The translations under genes were made by a program, and so were the position numbers. This document shows positions 6,477 to 16,050 of a stretch of 20,447 nt of DNA, one piece after another (the first letter of the stretch is position 1; every line of letters starts with the position of its first letter). The DNA comes from Thermoproteales archaeon (GTDB lineage: Archaea > Thermoproteota > Thermoprotei > Thermoproteales > Thermocladiaceae), in assembly GCA_027068725.1 (NCBI GenBank), contig JAMOMD010000467.1, positions 1 through 20,447 on the forward strand, given 5' to 3'. The notes below the pieces were generated by a model. It was not told the origin of the DNA, searched no databases, and saw only the letters and a list, made by a program, of their open reading frames with translations.

Positions 6477-8978
6477 CTAGTCCACGTAACTCACCTTAAC
6501 TCTTCGGTCACCATCAATGCGCTCAATCTCGATCAGCTCAACTGGAACATTCTTTGAACGTGCCTCCTGCACTATCTGATCAATGAACTCACGACTCTGC
6601 GATGTTATGACTAGCTGACTGACCAGCCTCTCAGTTATTAGCCTAGTTATTAGACTAGCAAACGCCTTCCTAACCTCAACATCTACGTAAGGTATTGGCT
6701 CATCCATTATTAGGAAGCTCACGTTGTGACTAGCGACTGAGTACACAGACAACATGAATGCTAGAGCAAGAGTTAGTCTCTGACCATCGCTCATTCTTGA
6801 TATTGGGACTTTTCTGCCGCCTCTCCTTATGCCATATAGAACGTACTCACTTACTAGAACTCCAAGGCGCTCGCGTGTACTTATCTCTATGCTTGCTCCC
6901 GTGAGATCAGGATGAGGATATATCATTCTGAAGTACTGATCAACAAGTGATCGTGTGCGCTCGATCATTCTCTCTCTAAGATCCTTCTGTATTTTCCTCA
7001 GGACATTCCTAATCGTGTTAAGTTTCTTGTAGAGATCTTCAAGCTTGTAGACTCTGTTCCTGAGCTCCTCAACAGTCTCAACAGGAATCGAGCTGAGAAT
7101 CTGCTCAAGCCTAGAAGCCTCAACACTAAGCGCGTTTAGCCTCTCGCGAGTCTGCTCAAGTCTTCTAGAGACTTCAGAAATCTCTTCCTCTAGACGAGAA
7201 GCACGAGAGAGATCAAAGCCCTGAGCACGAAGCTTCTGTTCAAGCTCCTTTTCCTCACGTAAGAGCTCTCTATACCTCTTGATCTTCTTCAAAAGCGTTA
7301 GTGCTTCATCAACCTTGTCTAATCTACTTCTAACTTCATCAATTAGAAATCTAAGTACCTGAGCACGCTTCTCAAGAAACCTTCTATTCTTATCAATGTT
7401 CTCAAGCTTTGCAACAACTCTACTATAGTTCTCTCTCAACATTTTCAACTTTGTATAGAGTTCCTCATACTCACTAACAATAGGCTTGAGACTTTCCATC
7501 TTTGCTAACACTTGCTCAAGCTCAGTAATCCTGCGTCTAGCATTCTCTATCTCATCAAGAACCTTCCTATGCCTCTCCCTCAGCTCCTCAATTCTTCTCT
7601 TCGCCTCCTCCCTATCCTTATCACTAAGCTCTCTACCACACACAGGACAAGTGTCTAGCCGTCCTGAAGCAATTGCCTGTAGTATAGTTATGATAGCAGA
7701 GACAACACCTACATCACTCGTAGTCTTCTCCACGAGCTCTCTAAGACGCTCAAGCTCGCTTCTGATAGCCTCAGGCTGACCATACTTATTCTCCAGCTCC
7801 TGATACTCCCTAAACTGACTTTCCAGCTCTCTAAGTCTTCTCTCAATATTCCTTATCTCACTACTAAGTCGCTCAGCCTCTACCTTAAGCTCCTCATGAG
7901 CCTTAGCAAGATTCTCCTTCTCTTCATCAAATCTCGATAAAGCATCTTCAAGACGCTTCAAAATATCATAAATTTTCAGCGCAGCTTCTTCCAAGTTCTG
8001 AGAGGTTATAGAAAGCTTGGCAAGCTCCTCAGCTTCCTTAGAGAAAAGCAACTCCTCTAATTTAGAAACTAGAAAACTCCTAATAAGATCAAGCTCAATC
8101 TTTATTGAAGTTTCAGAAACGTCACTCTCCTTACCACTTATCTCCTCTTCAAGTTTCTCACGCTCACTCCTAATTTGAAGATACTTAATGTATACATTCT
8201 CAAGATCCCTCAAAGACTTAAGAATACTATTTCTCTCCTCAATAAGCTTAGCATACTTCTTCTGAAGCTCCTCTTCAAGTTTCTTCAATTCTTCTATCTC
8301 CCTCTTTATTCTATCAAGTGCTCTACGCGCTTCCTCAACAGACCCATACCTTGATATTATCTCAGGAAGCTCCTTATAGGCAGATAACTTACTCTTCTCT
8401 TGCTCAAGTATCTCTTCTACTTTTCTGATTGGTATCGACTTGTATATATTTTCAAGTATATCTATGCCAAATAGCTTATCAATAGTCAAGCTTCTTCTCG
8501 TTGATGTACCATAGACAAGTCCTTCGAGAACTCTATGAGTTACTAGAATAAACCTCGAGAAATCTTCCTCGTCTAGTCTAAGTATTTCAGTAATGATATC
8601 TGTCACATCTCTAACAGTAGAGGCAACCTTCTTGCCTCCAATAACTAGCTCGACCTGATGCTCTCTGGCAGAATCACCAACTCTCTTAAGTGCACGCATG
8701 ACACGAAGCTGCTCACCCGTGTCCTCTCTTACTAGTGTCAACGTTACACGTGCCTCGGACTCCTCCTCATTTATCAGATCTGCGAGCTTTGCTATTCTCT
8801 CCTTAATCTCAAGCTGCTTACCGTATAGTGCATACTCTATTGCTTGGACTATGCTTGATTTTCCAGCACCTACAGGTCCGTAGATTGCTACTATTGGCCT
8901 ATCGAAAGGTATGCTAACTTTTCCACGAAATCCTCGGAAATTGATAATTTCGAGACTCTGTAACCTGTACTTGGTCAT
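6477..8978 (-). CDS. SMC/Rad50-like coiled-coil ATPase; arcadin-4 candidate
   Basis: Motifs are Walker A GPVGAGKSS (aa 34-42), about 550 aa of heptad-rich coiled coil and a central CPVCGR hook-like motif (C444/C447 of 833). A divergent signature MSDGQR and Walker B FLIMDEP follow. It is the last gene of the crenactin operon, with an ATGA overlap to the upstream small ORF. Confidence 0.7.
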   Translation of the reverse strand: MTKYRLQSLEIINFRGFRGKVSIPFDRPIVAIYGPVGAGKSSIVQAIEYALYGKQLEIKERIAKLADLINEEESEARVTLTLVREDTGEQLRVMRALKRVGDSAREHQVELVIGGKKVASTVRDVTDIITEILRLDEEDFSRFILVTHRVLEGLVYGTSTRRSLTIDKLFGIDILENIYKSIPIRKVEEILEQEKSKLSAYKELPEIISRYGSVEEARRALDRIKREIEELKKLEEELQKKYAKLIEERNSILKSLRDLENVYIKYLQIRSEREKLEEEISGKESDVSETSIKIELDLIRSFLVSKLEELLFSKEAEELAKLSITSQNLEEAALKIYDILKRLEDALSRFDEEKENLAKAHEELKVEAERLSSEIRNIERRLRELESQFREYQELENKYGQPEAIRSELERLRELVEKTTSDVGVVSAIITILQAIASGRLDTCPVCGRELSDKDREEAKRRIEELRERHRKVLDEIENARRRITELEQVLAKMESLKPIVSEYEELYTKLKMLRENYSRVVAKLENIDKNRRFLEKRAQVLRFLIDEVRSRLDKVDEALTLLKKIKRYRELLREEKELEQKLRAQGFDLSRASRLEEEISEVSRRLEQTRERLNALSVEASRLEQILSSIPVETVEELRNRVYKLEDLYKKLNTIRNVLRKIQKDLRERMIERTRSLVDQYFRMIYPHPDLTGASIEISTRERLGVLVSEYVLYGIRRGGRKVPISRMSDGQRLTLALAFMLSVYSVASHNVSFLIMDEPIPYVDVEVRKAFASLITRLITERLVSQLVITSQSREFIDQIVQEARSKNVPVELIEIERIDGDRRVKVSYVD

Positions 8979-9154
8979 TCTTCCTTGATCTCTATGCCAA
9001 TCTCCTTAAGTAAACCATACACTAAGTCACGCACCTTCTTCTGACCACCCTGCTTATATGCCTGATATAGCTGTTCTGCAAGTCTGTAAGTATCCTCGTC
9101 AGGTATCTCTCTTCTAAGAAGCTCAAGAACAATCTTATCAATTTCAGTACTCAT
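8975..9154 (-). CDS. Small 59-aa protein not in the ORF track; arcadin-3 candidate by position
   Basis: Hand translation gives MSTEIDKIVLELLRREIPDEDTYRLAEQLYQAYKQGGQKKVRDLVYGLLKEIGIEIKEE. Its ATG (9152-9154) overlaps the upstream TGA (9151-9153). Its TGA (8975-8977) overlaps the downstream ATG (8976-8978). Confidence 0.6.
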   Translation of the reverse strand: MSTEIDKIVLELLRREIPDEDTYRLAEQLYQAYKQGGQKKVRDLVYGLLKEIGIEIKEE

Positions 9155-9930
9155 CTCTCGCTAGCCTTCTTAGCAAGTATTTGAACCCATGGATTATCAC
9201 GCAAGAAATCAGGCACACCCTCACTAGGCGTAGCTCCTGCTTCCTGTACCGCCTCCTCAACCATGACAGGCTTTGCCTGCGGTTTCTCAGCAGGACTTAC
9301 AGTAGCACCAGTCTGAATACTTGTCTTAAGTCTCTCTATCTCTAGCTTTAGTCTATCAACAACGTTCCACAGACTATTCAACTCCTCTTTCAGCTCCTTC
9401 CCAATTCCGGATGTCGTAACCTTTGACTCGAGCTGACGTACTCTATCCTCAAGTGCCGAGATTCTTGTCTCAAGTATACGAATTTCCTGTATAATTTTCG
9501 ATAGCTGTTCATTAACTATCTCAGCTATTACTGGTCTAAGCCTATCAATACTCTCTATATCTACGACCTTTCTAATTCTTATAGCAGGGCTCGGAAGAAC
9601 CTCCACAACTGTTCCTTTTTCAAAATCAATACCAAGCACACCTATAGAGAGTTTTTTCAATAGTTTCCCATCTAGAAGATGCACATATTCACTCTGTAGT
9701 GCTACATATACTTTATTGAAATTGTTTCTATCTTTTGCAAGTTCCATTAATGTTGAGTTAAGTCTATCAACATCTGGAAAATCTTCGAAAAGTACAAGCT
9801 TTATGAGTACAGTATTGTCTCCCTCTCTTGCAAGAATCTCGTCTTCTCTAACGTCCTCTATTACTATGCCTCTCTCTCGTGCCCAAGATCTGACTATGGA
9901 TAGTGCCTGTTCCTGAATTAGTGAAGACAC
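9151..9930 (-). CDS. Coiled-coil protein immediately downstream of crenactin; arcadin-2 candidate
   Basis: The 259-aa architecture has four parts. A globular N-terminal region spans aa 1 to about 125, and a coiled coil spans about 135 to 205. A Pro/Ala/Glu-rich linker follows, then a C-terminal amphipathic peptide, VPDFLRDNPWVQILAKKASER. It uses a GTG start. Position and architecture fit published arcadin-2. Confidence 0.6.
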   Translation of the reverse strand: MSSLIQEQALSIVRSWARERGIVIEDVREDEILAREGDNTVLIKLVLFEDFPDVDRLNSTLMELAKDRNNFNKVYVALQSEYVHLLDGKLLKKLSIGVLGIDFEKGTVVEVLPSPAIRIRKVVDIESIDRLRPVIAEIVNEQLSKIIQEIRILETRISALEDRVRQLESKVTTSGIGKELKEELNSLWNVVDRLKLEIERLKTSIQTGATVSPAEKPQAKPVMVEEAVQEAGATPSEGVPDFLRDNPWVQILAKKASER

Positions 9931-9979
9931 GAGTCTCAGGATAGTGTGCTAGTGTGGAGGTGTTAACCCTATCGATAAC

Positions 9980-11655
<1,676 letters not shown>

Positions 11656-11677
11656 CTAGCTAGAGAGCAGTGGTAAT

Positions 11678-11688
11678 ACTTTAAAAGT
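11678..11688. promoter_or_regulatory. Near-palindromic A/T box ACTTTAAAAGT, a possible shared TATA element for the divergent arcadin-1/crenactin operon and albA
   Basis: It lies about 25 nt upstream of the minus-strand ATG at 11655. It lies about 34 nt upstream of the plus-strand ATG at 11722. It reads as a TTTAAA-type box on both strands. Confidence 0.45.
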
Positions 11689-11721
11689 CGTACCAACTGC
11701 ACTCAGTCTCGGTGCATATAC

Positions 11722-12006
11722 ATGGCAGCGCCAGAAGCAGTAATACTAGTTGGTAGAAAGCCAGCAACAAACTACGTAATCGCAACAGTAATGCAGTTCA
11801 ATGCTGGAAGCAAGAGAGTGATCCTGAAGGCAAGAGGATCAGCAATCGCAAGAGCAGTAGCAACAGCAGTAATGGTAAGAGACAGATTCATGCCAGGACT
11901 AGTCGAGATAAAGGAGGTAAAGCTAATGAGCGACAAGATACAGGCACAGGGAGGTAAGGAGAGATACGTAGCAGCAATCGAGATAGTACTCGAGAAGAAG
12001 TCGTAA
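11722..12006 (+). CDS. albA: DNA/RNA-binding protein Alba (Sac10b family)
   Basis: The 94-aa sequence VGRKPATNYVIATVMQFNAG..VILKARGSAIARAVATAVMVRDRF...AAIEIVL is the typical Alba pattern. Confidence 0.92.
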   Translation: MAAPEAVILVGRKPATNYVIATVMQFNAGSKRVILKARGSAIARAVATAVMVRDRFMPGLVEIKEVKLMSDKIQAQGGKERYVAAIEIVLEKKS

Positions 12007-12055
12007 AACAACAAAATAAAAATAATAAAAAAGCAGAAGAAAAATAACAAAGAAC

Positions 12056-12061
12056 TTTTTT
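12056..12061 (+). terminator. Oligo-T tract (T6) downstream of albA
   Basis: The TTTTTT tract begins 50 nt after the albA stop codon. Archaeal transcription terminates at oligo-T tracts. Confidence 0.35.
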
Positions 12062-12316
12062 CAAAGAAATCTTTCCAAAAGCTTCCACCTTATAAACTCC
12101 GAGTACAATAACAGATTTGTGAAGAACTAGATTCCAACATCTTAAGAACTTCACATTCCTACCTTATCCCCTCATTCTCCTTTCATTCTTAGTCTTTCTT
12201 CTTTTCTCGTGTACCTCCTCCTTTTACTCCTCATTCTTTCCTCTTCGTGGAAGTTGCCCTAGCTTATGGTATGAAAAATTAAAGCTAGTAATTACTTCCA
12301 AGTAGCGAGTATTGAC

Positions 12317-12688
12317 ATGACTCAGGCAGTTTCATTCAGAGGTTATGTTCTAAGCAAGTCCCTGACGTATGACGCGCTTGGTAACAGGATAGTTAAGATA
12401 GATATTGTTGAGGAGAAGGAGATCCCCGGTCCTGTCATAGCTGGGTCTGACGAAATAACTAGACTTGCACGTGAAGTTATGCCTCTTGTACAACAGTTGC
12501 TTAAGTCTATACCGTTCCCTGGCTTAGGTGGAACTGCAGGTAAGGTTCCTATACCTAGGATAACCCTGTGGTTAACAGAGGATGAGATGGAGATGTTTGG
12601 TAGAGTGGATGTTGGAGACTACGTTGAGGTGAGTATATCAAATGGAAAAATAGAGATTAGGAAAGTGGAACCTGAAGAGACTGGGTAA
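12317..12688 (+). CDS. Hypothetical 123-aa protein whose C-terminal part has an AbrB/SpoVT-like pattern
   Basis: It is the only ORF in the interval. A TATA-like AAAAATTAAAG box (12274-12284) sits about 33 nt upstream. The segment GKVPIPRITLWLTEDEMEMFGRVDVGDYVEVSISNGKIEIRK resembles the swapped-hairpin motif of AbrB (GRVVIPIELRRTLGI..KDALEIYVDDEKIILKK). Confidence 0.45.
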   Translation: MTQAVSFRGYVLSKSLTYDALGNRIVKIDIVEEKEIPGPVIAGSDEITRLAREVMPLVQQLLKSIPFPGLGGTAGKVPIPRITLWLTEDEMEMFGRVDVGDYVEVSISNGKIEIRKVEPEETG

Positions 12689-12706
12689 GGAGAAAATAGG
12701 AGAAGT

Positions 12707-13075
12707 TTAGTAGGGAAGACCGAATCCGTACTCTTTCTCTAGTTTCTGTAGGTCCTGTACTTTAATCTCGATCTTTCTTCCAGTTGGTAGTGTTCTAACA
12801 ACAATGAATGGTAGTTTGCCCTGCTTAAGCTCTTCTAGAGCTATTATGACGGGATCTCTTGTGTTCAGCTTAGAAACGTCAATGAGAGGTTTAGCACCCA
12901 TTGCAAGCTGTTTTGCGCGTGCAGCAACAATTCTAGCAATTTCGTACTTAGTAAGTCTCGGTGGATAAGGTAGAAGCTTTTTCTCTAGTGCCTCTATGAG
13001 TTCTTGAATAGACTCGAGTTTTACGTTTTCGAGACTGAATACTTGTACTTTTGATCGTCTAGAAGGGGTCGACAT
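12707..13075 (-). CDS. rpoK: DNA-directed RNA polymerase subunit K (Rpo6/omega-like)
   Basis: The core is LTKYEIARIVAARAKQLAMGAKPLI....DPVIIALEELKQGKLPFIVVRTLPTG. An N-terminal extension of about 40 aa precedes it. A TATA-like TTTAATAA (plus 13101-13108) lies about 26-33 nt upstream. Confidence 0.85.
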   Translation of the reverse strand: MSTPSRRSKVQVFSLENVKLESIQELIEALEKKLLPYPPRLTKYEIARIVAARAKQLAMGAKPLIDVSKLNTRDPVIIALEELKQGKLPFIVVRTLPTGRKIEIKVQDLQKLEKEYGFGLPY

Positions 13076-13176
13076 AGAACAGGAAATAGGGAAGTATTAC
13101 TTATTAAAGATTTCGAAGTTTGTGAGAAATTTTGAACAGGTAAGCTAGTGGGAGATGTTTGTTTTAGCTAATTGTT

Positions 13177-14817
13177 TTACTTCTCTTCCTCACTCTCTGC
13201 TGTGCCTGTCTTCTTTGTCTTGCCCTCGCCCTTAGATGGTGCTGCTGCAATAATGTCGTCGATTCTCAGGATCATTATTGCTGCCTCTGTTGCTGCCTTG
13301 ATTACGTTCTTCTTGACTAGTAGTGGGTCTACGACGTTGAGCTTGTACATGTTGTCGATCTTGCATCCTAGTACGTCTACTCCTGCATCGACCTCGCCTG
13401 CCTCGTGTCTCTTTCTCAGCTCTGCAATAGCGTCTACTGGGTCTAGTCCAGCTGTCATTGCTAGGATTGTTGGAATTGCCTCAAGTGCCTCAGCGAACTT
13501 GAGTACTGCTAGCTGCTCCTTGCCTGATAGCTTGCGTCCCCACTCTCTTAGTCTTCTAGCAATCTCTATCTCGAATGCTCCTCCTCCTGGCACTACCTTT
13601 GGCTCTCTGTATAGGTCACGTACTACGTGTAGTGCGTCCTGTATGCTTCTCTCTGCCTCGTCTAGGATTCTGTCAGCTGCTCCTCTGATCAGGATTGTGA
13701 CTGCTCTTGGGTTTGGACAGCCCTCGATGAATACCATCTTCTCCTCGCCGACCTTTCTCTCCTCTACTAGCTTGGCGTAGCCTAGGTCTTCTGGTCTGAT
13801 GTCTCTTAGGCTTGTGATGATCTTTGCTCCTGTTGCTCTTGCAACCTTCTCGATGTCGCTTCTCTTGACTCTTCTAACAGCAAGAATACCAGCCTTAGCT
13901 AGGAAGTGCTGAGCAATCTCGTCAATGCCCTTCTGGCAGATTACTACGTTGACTCCAATCTCCTTGAGCTTGTCGACGTAGCTCTTGAGTATCTTTGCCT
14001 CCTCGTCTAGAAATGCCTTGATCTGGTCTGGTGATGATACTGTAATCTTTGTGCTCCACTCAGGCTTCTCGATCTCCAGTGGACAGTCTAGAACAGCGAT
14101 CTTGGCATTCTCTACTCTTCTTGGCATGCCTGGGTGAACAACCTCCTTGTCTAGGACAATACCGTCAACTAGCTGTGTCTCGAATAGTGACTTTCCTCTC
14201 TTCTTCTCGATCTTAATCCAGTCTAGGTCTAGGTAGTACTTGCCATCTCTTACCTCGACGGCCTTCTGGCATGCCTCAACGACTAGGTTTGCTAGGTACT
14301 CTCTTGCCTCTGCTACTACCTTGCTGCTTAGTGCGTTCATTGCTACTCTGACAAGCTCCTCCTTGCTCTCTACATTGATTGGCTTGGCAATCTCCTCAGC
14401 TACCTGCATGGCGTACTCTGCTGCCTTCTTGTATCCTGAAATGATGATTGTTGGGTGAATACCCTCGTCTAGGAGTGACTCAGCTGCCTCAAGTAGCTTG
14501 CCTGCAAGGACTACTGCTGTTGTTGTACCGTCGCCGACCTCTGCGTCCATTGCCTTAGCTACCTCGACTAGGAGCTTTGCTGCTGGGTGCTGTACCTCCA
14601 TCTCCTTGAGTATTGTTGCACCGTCGCCTGTGATTGTGACATCGCCAAATGCGTCAATGAGGAGCTTGTCCATTCCTCTTGGTCCTAGGCTTGTCTGGAG
14701 AATCTCTGCAATTACCTTTGCAGCCATTATGTTGCTTCTTCTAGCGTCTGTTCCTGTCGTTCTCTGTGTGCCCTCCTTTAGAATTAGTACTGGTGCTCTT
14801 GTCCTTGCCTCACTCAT
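13177..14817 (-). CDS. ths: Thermosome subunit (group II chaperonin)
   Basis: Signature segments are [44 protein letters not shown] and [10 protein letters not shown]. Length is 546 aa. The subunit type (alpha or beta) cannot be told from sequence alone. Confidence 0.95.
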   Translation of the reverse strand: MSEARTRAPVLILKEGTQRTTGTDARRSNIMAAKVIAEILQTSLGPRGMDKLLIDAFGDVTITGDGATILKEMEVQHPAAKLLVEVAKAMDAEVGDGTTTAVVLAGKLLEAAESLLDEGIHPTIIISGYKKAAEYAMQVAEEIAKPINVESKEELVRVAMNALSSKVVAEAREYLANLVVEACQKAVEVRDGKYYLDLDWIKIEKKRGKSLFETQLVDGIVLDKEVVHPGMPRRVENAKIAVLDCPLEIEKPEWSTKITVSSPDQIKAFLDEEAKILKSYVDKLKEIGVNVVICQKGIDEIAQHFLAKAGILAVRRVKRSDIEKVARATGAKIITSLRDIRPEDLGYAKLVEERKVGEEKMVFIEGCPNPRAVTILIRGAADRILDEAERSIQDALHVVRDLYREPKVVPGGGAFEIEIARRLREWGRKLSGKEQLAVLKFAEALEAIPTILAMTAGLDPVDAIAELRKRHEAGEVDAGVDVLGCKIDNMYKLNVVDPLLVKKNVIKAATEAAIMILRIDDIIAAAPSKGEGKTKKTGTAESEEEK

Positions 14818-14847
14818 GGGCTCTCATGTGTGCGAGGGACCACTTCT

Positions 14848-14855
14848 ATAAAAAC
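14848..14855 (-). promoter_or_regulatory. TATA box (TTTTTATA on the minus strand) for the thermosome gene
   Basis: It lies about 31 nt upstream of the ATG at 14817. Confidence 0.5.
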
Positions 14856-14898
14856 CTTTCTCCGAGAGCATGCTTAAATCCTGACTAAGCTTACCAAC

Positions 14899-15396
14899 GT
14901 GTCCGTGAAGACGGACATTGTCTCAGCACTGTCAACAGCCATTGCTCTAGTATTGCTGGCACTACTCATACTGTCAGCACTTCACGTAATGACTCCTCCA
15001 TGGGCAGTAGTTGGGAGCTACAGCATGGTCCCAACCTTGGAGATAGGCGACATTGTGATACTTGTTCCACCACCAGCAAGCCCAAGCCAGCTCTTGGGAA
15101 AGGTCGTTGTCTACACGCCTCCAGGCATACCCTGGTTCGAGATTGTTCATAGAGTAGTCAAGGTGCAGGGCGATCATATAGTGACGAAGGGAGATGCTAA
15201 TCCAGTACCTGACGTGTGGAAGATAACTATTCACAATGTTCGTGGAGTTGTTGTGCTAGCAGTGCCTCACATTGGTCTGCTCGCACTTGCTGTAAAGACT
15301 GCAATGTCAGGATCTCCAGGGGGAGTTGTGTTATGCATGCTTGGGCTTCTATACATGATAGTCCTGTACTTTCTGTCAAAGATCGTCGAGCACTGA
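14899..15396 (+). CDS. Type I signal peptidase (S26, Sec11/archaeal type)
   Basis: An N-terminal TM helix is followed by the catalytic Ser box GSYSMVPTL, a GDIVIL box, the His box EIVHRVVKV, TKGDANPVPD and a C-terminal TM helix. It uses a GTG start. A TATA-like CTTAAATC is at 14873-14880. Confidence 0.85.
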   Translation: MSVKTDIVSALSTAIALVLLALLILSALHVMTPPWAVVGSYSMVPTLEIGDIVILVPPPASPSQLLGKVVVYTPPGIPWFEIVHRVVKVQGDHIVTKGDANPVPDVWKITIHNVRGVVVLAVPHIGLLALAVKTAMSGSPGGVVLCMLGLLYMIVLYFLSKIVEH

Positions 15397-15448
15397 GTTA
15401 GGCACTGAACTTTATTACTTGGTTAGCTCAGGTACACAATTGTAGAAT

Positions 15449-16000
15449 ATGCAGACTGCGAAGACTGTGACAACAGAGATCGAGGGTGAGGAGCTCATTG
15501 TCGGCAAAGATGGGAGAGTATTCAAACTTCGAGAATTTCGAATGAGTGATCTCGACAAAGTTGTTAAGATAAATAGAACTGTGCTTCCAGAAAACTACCC
15601 ACCCTACTTCTTCGTAGATCACTACTTAACGTATCCAAAGGCTTTCATTGTTGCTGAGCTTGATGGAGAAGTTGTTGGCTATGTCATGTGTAGAGTTGAG
15701 TATGGCTGGTCATTTCTGAAGAAAGGAGAGCCAGCCAGGAAGGGGCACGTCATATCTATTGGAGTTCTACCACACGCGAGGAGAATAGGAATTGCATATA
15801 ATATGCTTCTTCGCGCACTCCGTGCACTGAAGTATCACTATGGTGCAACAGAGGTCTATCTCGAGGTTCGCATATCTAACATGCCTGCAATTAGTCTCTA
15901 CAGGAAGCTTGGTTTTCAGATAGTTGATGTGATACAGAGATACTACCAGGACGGAGAAGATGCCTACATAATGGCAAGATCTCTCCAGGACCTCACCTGA
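15449..16000 (+). CDS. GNAT N-acetyltransferase, Ard1/Naa10-like protein N-alpha-acetyltransferase (RimI family)
   Basis: The acetyl-CoA motif RRIGIA (Q/R-x-x-G-x-G/A) lies within GVLPHARRIGIAYNML. The segment LEVRISNMPAISLYRKLGFQIV....YYQDGEDAYIM is typical of archaeal Ard1. A TATA-like CTTTATTA at 15410-15417 lies about 32 nt upstream. Confidence 0.8.
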   Translation: MQTAKTVTTEIEGEELIVGKDGRVFKLREFRMSDLDKVVKINRTVLPENYPPYFFVDHYLTYPKAFIVAELDGEVVGYVMCRVEYGWSFLKKGEPARKGHVISIGVLPHARRIGIAYNMLLRALRALKYHYGATEVYLEVRISNMPAISLYRKLGFQIVDVIQRYYQDGEDAYIMARSLQDLT

Positions 16001-16050
16001 CGACGATGTGGCTAAGAACTGCCTCGTAGCGAACGTTATAAGAGACTAAG

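Noticed and set aside
7486-7779. Plus-strand ORFs inside the SMC-like, arcadin-2-like and crenactin genes (7486..7779, 8698..8883, 9716..9916, 10398..10604, 10977..11228)
   Set aside because: They are antisense to strongly supported genes. The Ser/Leu-rich products are typical of the reverse frames of Glu/Lys/Leu coiled-coil coding sequence.
6477-8978. The 833-aa ATPase as the canonical DNA-repair Rad50
   Set aside because: No mre11, herA or nurA gene is adjacent. The signature motif is divergent (SDGQR). The gene is translationally coupled to the actin operon. Without a phylogeny this remains a judgement call.
11772-12154. Minus-strand ORFs 11772..12050 and 11888..12154
   Set aside because: They overlap albA in antisense and run through homopolymer-like A/T sequence. 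The Phe/Leu/Ser-rich products look like translation artefacts.
12007-12316. A structured ncRNA (for example a minimal RNase P RNA or SRP RNA) in the long spacer
   Set aside because: I found no conserved-region motifs. GGAAAG occurs on the minus strand but without the GUCC continuation. The region is AT/CT-rich rather than GC-rich, as would be expected for a stable RNA in a thermophile.
13172-14851. Plus-strand ORFs 13172..13780, 14240..14458 and 14498..14851, which are Ser/Ala/Leu-rich
   Set aside because: They are antisense shadows of the thermosome gene. They have low-complexity composition and no motifs.
15134-15142. A tRNA T-arm-like GGTTCGAGA
   Set aside because: It lies inside the signal peptidase coding sequence. 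No acceptor, D or anticodon stems can be built around it.
14974-15622. Minus-strand ORFs 14974..15234 and 15428..15622, and plus-strand ORF 15216..15401
   Set aside because: They overlap the signal peptidase and acetyltransferase genes in other frames or strands and have no motif support.
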